A stretch of DNA of 32,000 bases from an uncultured Pelagibacteraceae bacterium (lineage in GTDB: Bacteria > Pseudomonadota > Alphaproteobacteria > Pelagibacterales > Pelagibacteraceae), in the NCBI GenBank assembly GCA_902607625.1, contig CACLKR010000008.1, positions 12,426-44,425 of the forward strand, written 5' to 3'. The position numbers were made by a program, and so were the translations under genes. The notes under the pieces were generated by a model that did not search any database, was not told the DNA's origin, and was given only the letters and a program-made list of their open reading frames with translations. This document shows positions 7,301 to 15,661 of the stretch, piece by piece. Numbering within the stretch: the stretch's first letter is position 1; the number at the start of each line of letters is the position of its first letter.

Positions 7301-7516
7301 TTAAAACCTATAAATTATTCTACCCTTTGTTAGATCGTAAGGAGTTACTTGTACCAAAACATTATCTCCGGTCAATATTCTTATTCTATTTTTTTTTAAT
7401 TTTCCAGCAGTGTGTGCTAAAACTTCATGACTATTTTCAAGTTTTACTCTAAACATAGCATTAGGTAATAGTTCTTTTACTTCGCCTTTAATCTCTAAAA
7501 AATCTTGTTTTGGCAA
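7301..7516 (-). CDS. infA: Translation initiation factor IF-1
   Basis: The 71 aa S1-like protein ..[55 protein letters not shown] is near-canonical IF-1. Confidence 0.95.
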   Translation of the reverse strand: MPKQDFLEIKGEVKELLPNAMFRVKLENSHEVLAHTAGKLKKNRIRILTGDNVLVQVTPYDLTKGRIIYRF

Positions 7517-7596
7517 TTTTAATCCCTTTCGTCTTTTTTATAAAAAAATATATCATAATTCAATATTCAAATTTGGTAAATAAAATTTTTTTTTTG

Positions 7597-8856
7597 TTAT
7601 TTTAATCTTTTAATTTTAGCTCCACAATTAGATAGTTTATTCTCTATTTCCTCATAACCTCTATCTAAGTGATATATTCTATTTAAAATAGTTTTTCCCT
7701 TTGCAACAAGACCGGCTAGCACTAGACAAACTGAAGCTCTTAAATCAGTAGCCATTATCTCGGCTCCATAAAGTTTACTTCCACCATAAATCTTTGCTTT
7801 ATTACCTAAGATTTGAATATGAGCGCCCATTCTTCTTAATTCAGAAACATGCATAAAGCGATTTTCGAAAATATTTTCTTTTATTGTTGAAATTCCTTCA
7901 GCCCTTGTCATTAGAACCATCAATTGAGCTTGTAAGTCAGTTGGAAAACCTGGATATGGTTTAGTTATAACATTAATACTTTTCATTTTTTTTGGACTCG
8001 TAACAATTATATAATTTTTTTTCTTTATTATTTTTACTTTCATTTTGTTTAATAAATTAATTTCAGTGGACATAATTTTTGGGTTAATATTGGTAATCTT
8101 TGTGTCACCATTTGTTAATGCAGCCGCAATGATATAAGTTCCTGCTTCTATTCTGTCAAAAATAACTCTGTGCGTTGTTGATTTTAATTTTTTAACTCCA
8201 AAAACATCTATACTTCTTTTGCCAACTTTATTAATTTTACATCCTAATTTTTTTAAAAAATTAATTAGATCCTGCACCTCTGGTTCTGATGCGCAATTTC
8301 TTAGTTTGGTTTTACCCTTCGAAAAACATGACGCAATTAATATATTTTCTGTAGCACCAACGGATATTTTTGGAAACTTAATCAAACAACCTTTCAAACC
8401 TTTTTTTGCTGAAGCTACAATATATCCATTCTTAACTTTGATTCTTGCCCCCATTTTTTTTAGTGCTTTTAAATGTAAATCTATTGGCCTCTGTCCTATA
8501 GAGCATCCGCCTGGTAGAGACACCTTGGCTTTTCTATATTTTGCTAATAGAGGACCCAAAACCAAAACGCCTGCTCGCATTGTTTTAAGAAGATTGTAAG
8601 GAGCAAATGTCTTTAATGCATTATTGTTAATAATCTCGATTATTTTTTTTCTTTTGTTTAGTTTAACAGATGATCCAATAGCGCTTAGAAGAGTGGTCAT
8701 TGTTTCGACATCATGCACAATTGGTACGTTTTTTATTATGACTTTTTTGTTGGTTAATATTGTTGCAGCAAGTATTGGAAGAGTGGCATTTTTGGATCCC
8801 GAAATTGTTATTGTTCCAGATATTTTTCTTCCACCTTTAATTTCCAATTTCTGCAT
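7597..8856 (-). CDS. murA: UDP-N-acetylglucosamine 1-carboxyvinyltransferase
   Basis: ISGSKNATLPILAA is present. The active-site Cys is in LPGGCSIGQRPIDLH. 419 aa. Confidence 0.93.
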   Translation of the reverse strand: MQKLEIKGGRKISGTITISGSKNATLPILAATILTNKKVIIKNVPIVHDVETMTTLLSAIGSSVKLNKRKKIIEIINNNALKTFAPYNLLKTMRAGVLVLGPLLAKYRKAKVSLPGGCSIGQRPIDLHLKALKKMGARIKVKNGYIVASAKKGLKGCLIKFPKISVGATENILIASCFSKGKTKLRNCASEPEVQDLINFLKKLGCKINKVGKRSIDVFGVKKLKSTTHRVIFDRIEAGTYIIAAALTNGDTKITNINPKIMSTEINLLNKMKVKIIKKKNYIIVTSPKKMKSINVITKPYPGFPTDLQAQLMVLMTRAEGISTIKENIFENRFMHVSELRRMGAHIQILGNKAKIYGGSKLYGAEIMATDLRASVCLVLAGLVAKGKTILNRIYHLDRGYEEIENKLSNCGAKIKRLK

Positions 8857-8867
8857 TAATTTTAAAA

Positions 8868-9422
8868 TTATACTTTTGGTAAAGTGACGCCGATTTGTTT
8901 CATATATTTTCCATTTCTTTTTTCATAGGTTATAGTTGGTTCTTCGTTACCTTTTAAGAAAATAAACTGAGCAGCACCTTCGTTCGCATAAATTTTCGCA
9001 GGAAGTGGTGTAGTGTTAGAAAATTCAAGAGTAACATGACCTTCCCAACCTGGTTCAAGTGGAGTAACATTGACAATTATTCCACATCTTGCATAAGTTG
9101 ATTTACCTAAGCATATAACCAAAATATCTTTTGGTATTTTAAAATATTCTACTGTACTTGCTAATGCGAAAGAATTTGGTGGTATTATACATTCGTCAAC
9201 CTTTCTTGATACAAAACTATTATTTTTAAAATTTTTTGGATCAACTACCGCCGAGTCGACATCTGTAAAAATTTTGAACTCATTTGAAACTCTAGCATCA
9301 TAACCAAAAGATGATAATCCGTAAGAAATTATCTTGCCTTTTTTTTGTTTAGAAATAAATGGACGAATCATTTTTTTTTCTAGAGCCATTTTTTTAATCC
9401 ATCGATCTGATAAAATGCTCAT
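8868..9422 (-). CDS. dcd: dCTP deaminase
   Basis: [12 protein letters not shown].. N-terminus, ..SSFGYDARV.. and ..[12 protein letters not shown].. motifs. 184 aa. Confidence 0.9.
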   Translation of the reverse strand: MSILSDRWIKKMALEKKMIRPFISKQKKGKIISYGLSSFGYDARVSNEFKIFTDVDSAVVDPKNFKNNSFVSRKVDECIIPPNSFALASTVEYFKIPKDILVICLGKSTYARCGIIVNVTPLEPGWEGHVTLEFSNTTPLPAKIYANEGAAQFIFLKGNEEPTITYEKRNGKYMKQIGVTLPKV

Positions 9423-9546
9423 TTGATATTGAATATTTTTTTATTGATTTTGTTTAGAAAAATTTTTCTTTTCTTAAGATTACTTCTTAATGACTTTTCG
9501 ACTCTTTTCTTTCTCAGTTCTCTTTTTGAATTTATTCGCATCCATT

Positions 9547-9750
9547 TTATTTCTGACTTGGATTTGTTAAATCATCTAAAGTTATTGTTTTTTTAATATC
9601 ATGCCTTTTAATTTCTTCTTTTGTTACAGGCGCAGAATCTGAAGACAACAACCTCTTTGCCTTGCGCTGAGCTAGTCTTGCTTTCCGTTTTGCTTCCTTC
9701 AGCATAGCCCTCTCACCTCTTTTTGATTTGTAATCGTAATGTATGCCCAT
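9547..9750 (-). CDS. Small basic hypothetical protein; the true start may be the internal ATG at Met16
   Basis: The 67 aa ORF is visibly more GC-rich than its surroundings. AGAGGTGA lies 7 nt upstream of the internal ATG (MLKEAKRKARLAQRKAKR..). No family is recognised. Confidence 0.5.
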   Translation of the reverse strand: MGIHYDYKSKRGERAMLKEAKRKARLAQRKAKRLLSSDSAPVTKEEIKRHDIKKTITLDDLTNPSQK

Positions 9751-9805
9751 AAATTTTCCATCTATTGATAATAGTTTTTACTTTGTTGTTTACTGTATTG
9801 TCAAG

Positions 9806-10054
9806 TTACTTAAATAATATGGCAATTTTTTGCTTACCGAAAAACTTTATATTTGATAATTCTAATTTTACGGGAGCCATGTATAACTCATTTGGTAAAG
9901 TACTTCCATAATAATGCAAAAGTCGTGTATTTTTATTCAATCTACATTCACTTTGAAACAAGAGAGGATTAAAAAAACGCTCATCATTAACAATTGCTTT
10001 CTGACTTGATCTCATGTTAGTGGGACCGCTGACTACAATTATTGCAGTCAACAT
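9806..10054 (-). CDS. Hypothetical 82 aa ORF, possibly a gene remnant
   Basis: Open frame only. Its last ~20 codons are part of a repeat family also found at 15567-15596 and 16481-16513. No family is recognised. Confidence 0.3.
   Translation of the reverse strand: MLTAIIVVSGPTNMRSSQKAIVNDERFFNPLLFQSECRLNKNTRLLHYYGSTLPNELYMAPVKLELSNIKFFGKQKIAILFK
9827..9872. repeat. Island repeat family, copy A
   Basis: TTTTTGCTTACCGAAAAACTTTATATTTGATAATTCTAATTTTACG. The left part matches copy B with 2 mismatches in 30. The right part matches copy C with 2 mismatches in 33. Confidence 0.85.
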
Positions 10055-10121
10055 ATATACAGATCGTGAGTCAAATTAACTCAAGAATTAATTTGATTTG
10101 TGCGCTAAAAAAAATGTTTAA

Positions 10122-11234
10122 TTACTTCTTTAACAAAATATTTTTAATATCTCTTTTTGTTATTTCTATTGGATTATTAGATAATCTTTGATCATTAACT
10201 CCTGATAATATTTTTGGAAGATTGTCTTTTATGTTAATTCCTAATTTGGAAAAATTATTTTCTAAGCCTGCTCTCAATTTAATTCTATTTATAAAAAGAT
10301 TAAGCTCATTAATATTTAATGTATTAGAAACATTAAATATTTTTTTGTATCTTTTTACTAAATCAAATTTACAATTTGAATGTTGGATATTTTCAAAATT
10401 AAATTTTAAAAAATCATTTAATGTTAAAGATACTGCATGTCCATGACTGATTCCATAGTGAGCTGTAAAAGGATAGGACAATGCGTGAGGAGCTGTAGTT
10501 TTAGATATTGATATTGCTTTACCAGAATAATTAGCAGCCACACACATATTGTATGAATTTGTTATAGTTGGATTTTTTAAATGTTCTAAAAAATATTTAA
10601 GTGAAATTCTTAGAGATTTTAAAGCAAATTCTACACTTTCTTTCGTAGATTTTTTTGAAATAACAGATTCAATAGCTTGTGATATTGCGTCAAAACCCGA
10701 TGAGGCTTTTAAAGTTTTTCCTACTTTTAAAACAAATTCAGGAATTATTATAAAATAATTTGGTTTTAATAGTTCACTTTCAACCGAAAATTTAATTTTA
10801 CCCATATATATAACTGCATTTGAAGTCACTTCAGCTCCTGTACCAGCAGTAGTTGGTATTGCTAAAAGTTTCGTAAATTTTTTAATTTTGCCGTAATCAG
10901 AATTTATAATTTGCTTTGTTAAATTTTTTTCTGGATTAAGAATATTAGCCATTTTAGCATAATCAATTACAGATCCGCCTCCCACTGCTATTATCAAGTC
11001 TGGTTTTATACGCCTGGTATATAAAATTATTTTTTTAAGTTCTTTGATTTCTGGATATTTATTTTTTTTTAATAACAAATAAGTTTCTTTGTCTTTTAAA
11101 ATTTTTTTTATGAGTTTTTCTGCTCCAGAAGCAAAATATGATTTTTTTCCAGAAATAATCAAAATCTTTTTAAAGAGTTTCTGATTTAATAATTTCTTTA
11201 AAGTAGAAAATGTATTATTCGAAAAATTGACCAT
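10122..11234 (-). CDS. Iron-containing (group III) alcohol dehydrogenase; putative phosphonoacetaldehyde reductase yielding 2-hydroxyethylphosphonate
   Basis: VGGGSVIDYAKMA and HALSYPFTAHYGISHGHAV are Fe-ADH motifs. It lies immediately downstream of ppd in the same operon. Confidence 0.75.
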   Translation of the reverse strand: MVNFSNNTFSTLKKLLNQKLFKKILIISGKKSYFASGAEKLIKKILKDKETYLLLKKNKYPEIKELKKIILYTRRIKPDLIIAVGGGSVIDYAKMANILNPEKNLTKQIINSDYGKIKKFTKLLAIPTTAGTGAEVTSNAVIYMGKIKFSVESELLKPNYFIIIPEFVLKVGKTLKASSGFDAISQAIESVISKKSTKESVEFALKSLRISLKYFLEHLKNPTITNSYNMCVAANYSGKAISISKTTAPHALSYPFTAHYGISHGHAVSLTLNDFLKFNFENIQHSNCKFDLVKRYKKIFNVSNTLNINELNLFINRIKLRAGLENNFSKLGINIKDNLPKILSGVNDQRLSNNPIEITKRDIKNILLKK

Positions 11235-11238
11235 TTAA

Positions 11239-12354
11239 TTAGGCTTTAATCATAAAATTTTTCACAATTTTTTTCAAACTACCTGATTTTGGTCTCATTA
11301 AATTAGACATTGATTTGTTTTTTATTTTTATTTCTAAAAAACTTGGCCCACTTGATCTAATAAAATCTTTCATTTTTTTATTTAATTCCTTTTTATTTTT
11401 AATAATAAAGAATTTTTTGTAATTCAAGCTTTTAGTCAAATTTTTAAAATTAATAGTATCAGCATTGGTTAATTGACCTCCAACAGATTCATGAGAATTA
11501 TTATTTAATAAAATGTGTTTAAAATTTTTTTTTGCATATAATCCTGCTGAATTAAGTGAACCAAGATGCATCAATATAGAACCATCTCCGTCTAAACAAA
11601 TTGTTTGATTTTTTGTAAAAAGAGAAGTCCCTAAAGCGACCATTGTTGTGTGGCCCATTCCACCAACCATATAAAAATCATTTCCTTTCTTATAATTTTT
11701 AATTAACCTAATTTGCATTAGTTCCCTTGAAGTAAAACCAACTGTTGAAATAATATTTGTTTTATTTTTTATATTTTGTAGTAAATTTTTAATCACTTCT
11801 TCTCTTTTCAAATTTCTCCTATCTGTTTTTTTCCTTTCTATAGTTTGTTGATTTAAAAGGATATTTTTTTCTATTAGACAAGCGACTGGTTTTTTGTTCC
11901 TTTTTGATATTTCAATAATCCTATTTAATTTTTTTAAATCATTTTTATTTCTCAACAAACAATATTTGATGTCCATTAACTTAAGTAATTCTCTTGTTAT
12001 CTCTCCCTTAACTTTGTGCTGTGGCTCATCTTTAACGTTTGGAGAACCGCGCCAACCTATTAATAATAGCATCGGTATGGAATAAACTTTGCTATGAGCT
12101 ACAGCTATCAATGGATTAATAGCATTTCCTAATCCGGAATTTTGAAGATATACGCACGCAATTCTTTTTGTTGACAAGTAATAACCTATGCCAATTGAAA
12201 TTGCAGATCCTTCGTTTGCTGCAATAATATGTTTGTTTTTTTTTAATTTACCAAAATAATTAGATAAATTCTTTAAAACACTATCAGGAACACCAGTAAA
12301 GAAAGAAACTTTATTTTTTTTTAAGGTATCAAATATTTTTTTTGCTAAAATCAC
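11239..12354 (-). CDS. ppd: Phosphonopyruvate decarboxylase (ThDP-dependent)
   Basis: The N-terminal GVPDSVLKNL.. pyrimidine-binding region and the ThDP motif GGMGH..LDGDGSILMHLGSL..NNNSHES are present. 371 aa. It is adjacent to pepM. Confidence 0.85.
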   Translation of the reverse strand: MILAKKIFDTLKKNKVSFFTGVPDSVLKNLSNYFGKLKKNKHIIAANEGSAISIGIGYYLSTKRIACVYLQNSGLGNAINPLIAVAHSKVYSIPMLLLIGWRGSPNVKDEPQHKVKGEITRELLKLMDIKYCLLRNKNDLKKLNRIIEISKRNKKPVACLIEKNILLNQQTIERKKTDRRNLKREEVIKNLLQNIKNKTNIISTVGFTSRELMQIRLIKNYKKGNDFYMVGGMGHTTMVALGTSLFTKNQTICLDGDGSILMHLGSLNSAGLYAKKNFKHILLNNNSHESVGGQLTNADTINFKNLTKSLNYKKFFIIKNKKELNKKMKDFIRSSGPSFLEIKIKNKSMSNLMRPKSGSLKKIVKNFMIKA

Positions 12355-12356
12355 AA

Positions 12357-13661
12357 CTAAATAAGATTTATTACTTCATTAATTGAACTTATTTTTTTTT
12401 CGGCCTCAAAAGACCTTTGGTTTTTTAAAATCATTTTGGCCACATTCAATATAGCTGGGTGAATCGCTCTTAAAAAATGATTTGCGTAAATAACAACTTT
12501 AAATCCATTATTAATTAACTCATGTTCGTAAGTTCTTGAATATGTAGAAGGAACAGCTATTAAAGGTTTAAAAAACTTACTCTTTGAAAAATTTTTGGAA
12601 AAGGAAAAAATTTGATTAGGATATTTTTCTTTGCTATGAATTAGTATTGCATTGGCTCCAGCTTGTGAATAAGCCTCGGCTCTACGCATTGCATCTTTCA
12701 AATCTTTTCCAAGTATAAAGCTCTCGATCCTAGCAATAATAAATAGATCGTCTGAAATTTTTGCCTCTTTTGCTTTTTTTAATTTTTTACAAAAGTTTTC
12801 TATACTATCTTGTTTGACACCTACTTGGTTTTTAAAAAGTGAATTTCTCTTTAAACCAACTTTATCCTCAATAACCACTGCAGAAATACCAACTCTTTCT
12901 AAGGTTCTAATTAAGTAAGAAATATGTTCAATTTTTCCTCCATTGTCAGCATCAAATATTATTGGTTTCGTAGTCACGTCTAAGATTTCATTTAAGCCTA
13001 AAATTCTTGTAGAATAGTCCACAGCTTGGTTGTCTGGTTTACCTCTTATTGCAGAATCTGTTAAGCTCGAAGACCACATTCCATCGAATTCTAAAAAATT
13101 TTTATTTTTTATTAATTTTAAATTTTCAGCAATTAGTCCAGTAAAAGCATTGTGTGATTCGATAATTCTTACAATTTTTTTTGCATCAATTAATCTTTTT
13201 AATTTTGATTTCCTGGTTTCTGGTGAAGTGCCCAACTCAATAATTTTATTTTTGATTTTGGAAGATGATATATTTTTAGTATACTTAGGTTCGACTAGTT
13301 TGCCTGACCATTTTTTTAAAGTTTTGATCACTTGTTCTCTTATTTTTTTTTGAATACCAAATTTCCAGTCATCTCCGTGTACTACGTAATGAGGTTTTAT
13401 AGACAATAAGTTCTTTGTATAATCCAATGAATCTTGCGGCAAAACTTTTTTTACCAATTTAATATTCTTTAAAACTATTTCACGTTGTTTGTAGTTGAGA
13501 TGAGGTAGTTTTTTATATGAAGATATAGCTGAATCGGTTAACAAGCCAACAGTAACTTCGCCAAGTTTACTTGCTATTTTTAAAATATTTATATGACCTT
13601 CATGTAAAATATCTGCGGCAAAACCTACGTAAACTTTTTTTATATTTTTATTTTTTTTCAT
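12357..13661 (-). CDS. pepM: Bifunctional cytidylyltransferase-like domain / phosphoenolpyruvate mutase
   Basis: The N-terminal ~140 aa carry VGFAADILHEGHINIL (HxGH) and ..KNISSSKI.. (RTxGISTT-like). The C-terminal ~290 aa carry ..WSSSLTDSAIRGKPD.., ..FDADNGG.. and VIEDKVGLKRNSL, which matches the PEP-mutase signature EDKxxxxxNS. Confidence 0.9.
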   Translation of the reverse strand: MKKNKNIKKVYVGFAADILHEGHINILKIASKLGEVTVGLLTDSAISSYKKLPHLNYKQREIVLKNIKLVKKVLPQDSLDYTKNLLSIKPHYVVHGDDWKFGIQKKIREQVIKTLKKWSGKLVEPKYTKNISSSKIKNKIIELGTSPETRKSKLKRLIDAKKIVRIIESHNAFTGLIAENLKLIKNKNFLEFDGMWSSSLTDSAIRGKPDNQAVDYSTRILGLNEILDVTTKPIIFDADNGGKIEHISYLIRTLERVGISAVVIEDKVGLKRNSLFKNQVGVKQDSIENFCKKLKKAKEAKISDDLFIIARIESFILGKDLKDAMRRAEAYSQAGANAILIHSKEKYPNQIFSFSKNFSKSKFFKPLIAVPSTYSRTYEHELINNGFKVVIYANHFLRAIHPAILNVAKMILKNQRSFEAEKKISSINEVINLI

Positions 13662-13675
13662 TTAATATGAGTACT

Positions 13676-14206
13676 TTAAACAATTTTTGATATTTTTTTT
13701 ACTAAATTATTTGCCAAATCCTGGGTAGTTTTTTTGAAGTTATTATTTATTACTATGTCTGGTTGTTTTGGAAGTTCTGGTTTAATTGTAATACCCACAA
13801 TATCTTCTGAGCTTTTTTTATGGTAAATTTTTTTCTTTTTTAATTTTATAATCTTTTTAAGATCAGCTTTAATATAAATCTCTATATAATTATCTACGTT
13901 ATCTCTGCACCATTTTCGTGCAGAATGCATCATACCTACAACGGCAAATATAAGATTAATTTTTTTGTCGGTAATAGATTTTGCAAATTTGCACATTTTC
14001 TTGGAAGACAACACTCTTTCACTATAAGTATACTTATCAATTTTAAATATCTTTCTTAGATTGTCTCCACTCACTAACAATGTGGGGCCATAAAGTCTTG
14101 CTATATCTTTTTTGATTTTTTTACCTATTGTGGTTTTACCTGATCCTGAAAGACCAGAAATTCTAAACAAAATTCCCTTGTTTTGATTTTTTTTTAGTTT
14201 TTTCAT
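13676..14206 (-). CDS. cysC: Adenylylsulfate (APS) kinase-like P-loop kinase
   Basis: GLSGSGKTT Walker A motif and ..VSGDNLR.. (LDGDNxR-like). 176 aa. It lies 14 nt upstream of pepM. Confidence 0.75.
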   Translation of the reverse strand: MKKLKKNQNKGILFRISGLSGSGKTTIGKKIKKDIARLYGPTLLVSGDNLRKIFKIDKYTYSERVLSSKKMCKFAKSITDKKINLIFAVVGMMHSARKWCRDNVDNYIEIYIKADLKKIIKLKKKKIYHKKSSEDIVGITIKPELPKQPDIVINNNFKKTTQDLANNLVKKISKIV

Positions 14207-14285
14207 TCCAATATATAGCCTGTACTAAATTTTTTACACCATCATCATGTGTAGTGTTCTATATTAATGTAAATCATGCTTTACT

Positions 14286-14324
14286 GTTCAATTATTGAAC
14301 GATATAAATGTTCAACACTTGAAC
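14286..14324. promoter_or_regulatory. Two copies of the palindrome GTTCAA-N3-TTGAAC; candidate operator in the divergent promoter region
   Basis: GTTCAATTATTGAAC is at 14286-14300 and GTTCAACACTTGAAC at 14310-14324, with centres 24 bp apart. They lie in the 256-bp spacer between the cysC-pepM operon and the sulfotransferase gene. Confidence 0.45.
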
Positions 14325-14462
14325 ATAGTTATGAGTGATAATCAAGACTATTTTGCTACTTTAAAAAAAACCCAAATAAAATTAATTATATATATCTGTT
14401 ATCTTAAAAATCATATCTTAAAAATTATTATAAACCGGGGTATATAGAAAATAGGTTTCTTT

Positions 14463-15560
14463 ATGAAAATATTACTTTTAGTTGCTTGTAGTAGAAGTGG
14501 TGCAGATTTTTTTCAAAGTTTACTTGATGGCCACTCTCAAATACTTCAATTTCCAGGAAAATTACTAACTGATAATAATTTTAATGAAATGTTAAATTTA
14601 AAAGATCTCAATAAAATTCCAGAAAAATTTATCAACTTATATCCTTATTTTTTTAATTCTAAATTAAATAAAATTGAAAATCATCATCGTCTGGGAAAAA
14701 AAAGGAATAAATCTTTTAAAGTTAATAAAGAAAAATTCATAAAAAATTTTATTAAATTATCTAATAATAAAAGAAATTTAACTAAGCTAAACATACTAAA
14801 AAATCTTCATATAGCTTACGACCTTACAAAAGACAAAAAAAAACAAAAAGCAAAAATTATTCTTATTCATACTCATCTAATAAGTTATACAAAAAAATTT
14901 ATAAAATTTATGAATATAAAAAATATTTCAATTATACTCACCATGAGAAATCCATTATCTGCAATTAACTCTCCAGTTAAAAACTGGCTAAATTATCAAA
15001 ATGGCAAACATTTTTTTCCAATAAATTTAGATTTCCACCTAGACCAAACCTTTAATGGTATAATCAAGTTAGTACGCCTGAGGGAAAAAATTTTTGTAGT
15101 TCAGCTTGAGAAATTACATCGAGAACATAAAAAAGTAATGCTCGATTTTTGCAGAATTTTTAAAATAAAGTATGAAAAATGTCTAAAAAAATCTACCTTT
15201 ATTAATCTTCAATGGTGGGGTGATGCAATTAGTGGAAGGAGAGTTTCTGGTATTAATAAAAATTTTAATGTAAATATAGATCAAAAATTGTTTTTTTTAA
15301 GAGATGTCAAATTTTTTGAATGTCTAGCAAAAGATATAATAAAATTTTACAAATATAATTTTACAGCTGAAAATAAAAAAAAAACTTACTTTAACTTTTT
15401 ACCAATGAAATGCGAATTCCTTATATGGAAAAATACTTTTAAACAGAAAAGAATCAAGCATATATTTAGTATTCCATTTTTTTTCGTAAAAAGAATTTTT
15501 TTATTCAATAAATTTTCTATAAAAAATAAATATTTTCCTTATTCCATAGGATCAAAATAA
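14463..15560 (+). CDS. Sulfotransferase family protein
   Basis: The N-terminal VACSRSGADFFQSLL is 5'-PSB loop, RSGTT-like. ..TMRNPLSAINS.. is 3'-PB, RxPxxxxxS-like. 365 aa. It is divergent from the APS kinase. Confidence 0.6.
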   Translation: MKILLLVACSRSGADFFQSLLDGHSQILQFPGKLLTDNNFNEMLNLKDLNKIPEKFINLYPYFFNSKLNKIENHHRLGKKRNKSFKVNKEKFIKNFIKLSNNKRNLTKLNILKNLHIAYDLTKDKKKQKAKIILIHTHLISYTKKFIKFMNIKNISIILTMRNPLSAINSPVKNWLNYQNGKHFFPINLDFHLDQTFNGIIKLVRLREKIFVVQLEKLHREHKKVMLDFCRIFKIKYEKCLKKSTFINLQWWGDAISGRRVSGINKNFNVNIDQKLFFLRDVKFFECLAKDIIKFYKYNFTAENKKKTYFNFLPMKCEFLIWKNTFKQKRIKHIFSIPFFFVKRIFLFNKFSIKNKYFPYSIGSK

Positions 15561-15566
15561 TCATTA

Positions 15567-15596
15567 TTTTTACTTACCGAAAAATTTTATATTTGA
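15567..15596. repeat. Island repeat family, copy B (left half only)
   Basis: TTTTTACTTACCGAAAAATTTTATATTTGA. On the minus strand it would encode ..SNIKFFGK*, the same peptide as in copy A. Confidence 0.8.
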
Positions 15597-15661
15597 ATCA
15601 AAAGATATGAAAGATATGATTTATTCTAAATTTAACAATATAATTTGTTTAAACCCCTAAT

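Noticed and set aside
10068-10097. An AGTCAAATTAA-8 nt-TTAATTTGATT hairpin lies downstream of the alcohol dehydrogenase. I considered it as the operon terminator.
   Set aside because: The stem is almost entirely A-T (plus one G.U pair), and no U-tract follows on the relevant (minus) strand. Such hairpins are expected by chance in this composition.
14284-14324. I considered reading the 14286-14324 palindromes as a PhoB Pho-box. This was attractive because phosphonate metabolism is often P-regulated.
   Set aside because: The Pho box consists of direct 7-bp repeats (CTGTCAT-type) with 11-bp periodicity. What is present here is inverted repeats of GTTCAA/TTGAAC with 24-bp centre spacing.
15601-15618. 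A 9-nt tandem duplication, AAAGATATG x2, lies in the convergent spacer after the sulfotransferase.
   Set aside because: It is very short, AT-rich, and sits in a spacer between two stop codons. It is most simply replication slippage with no functional implication.
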